From: Eutreptiella sp. 'Long Island Sound 2002' | Taxonomy: Eukaryota > Protista > Euglenida | Assembly (NCBI GenBank): GCA_964036045.1 | Contig: OZ038378.1 | Location: forward strand, 183,334,001-183,398,000 | Reading direction: 5' to 3' | Length of the DNA stretch: 64,000 nt | Part shown: positions 62,026 to 64,000 of the stretch, in pieces | Layout of the letters: each line of letters opens with the position of its first letter | Numbering within the stretch: the stretch's first letter is position 1 | Program-made: the position numbers and the translations under genes | The notes under the pieces: generated by a model | Database searches by the model: none | What the model saw: only the letters and a program-made list of their open reading frames with translations | What the model was told of the DNA's origin: nothing

Positions 62026-64000
62026 TGTCAAAATGATTTTCTGTCTCATTGAAAAAATTCAAAGAGAAATGAATCTTTTTGGGAAACATGACAAAATTGC
62101 TGCTTTTGTTTCATGACCGTTGCAAAAATTCATAAATATTAAACCCCATATTTTCCTCGGTTTGAAATCTTTGCTCCACGATGAAATATATTCCAAGGCA
62201 CATGTTATAGTGGCTCAACATGTTCTTTGCATTGTGCATCCCACAAGCCCTACCCATATGCTTTTGTTCATGGTTTATAGCGTTGTTGATAATACCTGCC
62301 TGTAGAATTTAAAAAGTGAATACAAGCGTGTAGAAAATAGAATTAAACAATCACAACACGCTGAAAAAGTATCCACACAATGATTTTTATCTTACAGCCA
62401 ATCACCCAACTATTGCGCGTAAACATATCCGTTCGGTTTTCACGAAAACCTTTTTACATCTTGACAAAAAAAGAACAAGCAAATTCGCTACGCATGCAAA
62501 CATGAGCATACCGAACACTGATGCGCGCCAAGGGAGGTGCGTTCATTGGACGACGGGGATTGTTGATCGAAGAACGTGGATTATCCTGTGGTTAGAGAGC
62601 CAATCCTTTGTGACACCAACCTAAAAGGAACGAGGCGGCACAAGTTGAATGTGACCGACCGACATCACATAGCAAATGGCGAAAATGGTATTTGACACAT
62701 CTTCAACTATGGTGGAATTTTGCTTTGGTTCCAAATAGGAAGCGTGTGTGGGTGTGTAAGCGTGGTAACGACAAATCTGCACACAATAATCACCTGTGCT
62801 TGGCGTGACCCAATCACAATGACCAAAGTAGGTAGAGGACACACCATCAATATTCTTAAGTCTAAGTGCGGACGTCTTGGGCGCGACAGCATTCGCACCC
62901 TATGAACTGATCCCTCTCATCCCTTAGTTTTTTGCGTTGGCAACGACCCCCAACCCCATAAACTTGCATGCATTGGAGTATCTTGGAGCCGCCTCAACGC
63001 CGACCGGAAGGTTTAATCTTGCCAGCGTGTTAATTTACGCATTAAAAGGCAAAGTACGTGCATGCACCACGCTCTGTTAAGGTGGTTCAAGTGTTTTGCA
63101 AACACCCATACAACCCTTCACGCGCTCAAAGGTGTCTCGGCTGGAACAGATCGTGCTGACTTACAAACAGGGCCAGCCTCCAGTGCATGGCGAACATGAT
63201 GGTGGAGAACACATTCATGGTTTGTGTGTGTGTTTTATGTCCCGTTTGCTTGTCTAGGAACAAACAAATGATGTTGTTGTTGTTTCAAGCCTACTTCGCA
63301 TGGTTATGTCAATATTGCGATTTAGCACCAATCACAATCCTAAACGTTTTCAGGACAAATTTGAAGGTCGAACAAATTGGTAACGCATTCTTAACAATCC
63401 CAGGCAAAAAGAGGTGCGATAATTTTCCACTGTTCTATTCGTAACCCGCCATGTCACCACATCCCCACTTTGTTCAATCTTGGTCAGGTCCCGGTGCAGG
63501 GTCCGCAGCGTCGGCACCGAATGAGCAAATGCGCAATTTGATTGGGCTTTTCATTACTATTACTATCACTAACATTAGACTCAAACGTTGTAAGATATTC
63601 GAATTGGAATGATAGTTGAATGAAATTACAAAAAAACTATGCTGCGCACAAGGGCCCGCAACTGCGTGTGTGCACGTTTCAGCATATAGATCACAAATTC
63701 ACATGTAAAACCCAAACTCAATACTTTTTATGCCGGTTTCCATGACTGCTTTGAAGTCTTTTTTTTGTTTTGAGGAATATTGTCGTTCTCTGTGATGAAA
63801 AATTTGAAACTAAGAATGAATGTTTTGTTGGGCGATGATCTCGCTATCATGAGAAAGGTTTTCGTCACAGGAATGCATGAAAAAGGATGACCATCAGGAG
63901 CCCTTGGTGTCATGATCCGCAAATCGTTAGAACAAATCAACACCCCTTGGTGCAAGCACCACCTCTGCGGCTCTAGCACGAGCTCAAGCTCCAACTCATG

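Noticed and set aside
60560-64000. AT-richer region checked for viral, organellar or transposase genes
   Set aside because: Only short ORFs with no recognisable motifs were found, so nothing can be supported.

Overview
This is repeat-rich eukaryotic genomic DNA with spliceosomal GT-AG introns, poly-C/poly-G tracts and TTAGGG remnants. A euglenid/euglenozoan origin is my inference from repeat style and is not verified. Host genes: an intronless F-box/LRR gene (97-1650), an 11-exon RXYLT1/TMEM5-like type II glycosyltransferase that I assembled by hand with consistent splice phases (6156-17554), a large GC-rich terminal exon of a helical-repeat protein (30305-31288), and partial multi-exon models at about 44.2-45.3 kb and 49.1-52.9 kb. 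The remainder is decayed mobile DNA: non-LTR RT and RNase H remnants, MITEs, a satellite and microsatellites including a pure (CA)~257. The most notable structure is at 39.5-43.8 kb. A Harbinger/DDE_Tnp_4-like transposase with a C-terminal Cys-rich finger is interrupted by a 1386-bp element with poly-C-capped TIRs and a TA target duplication, and that element carries a Tudor-like + WW-domain cargo ORF. A second, paralogous transposase fragment follows, and both transposases sit inside the same short repeat family. No prokaryotic systems, CRISPR arrays or rRNA genes were found.
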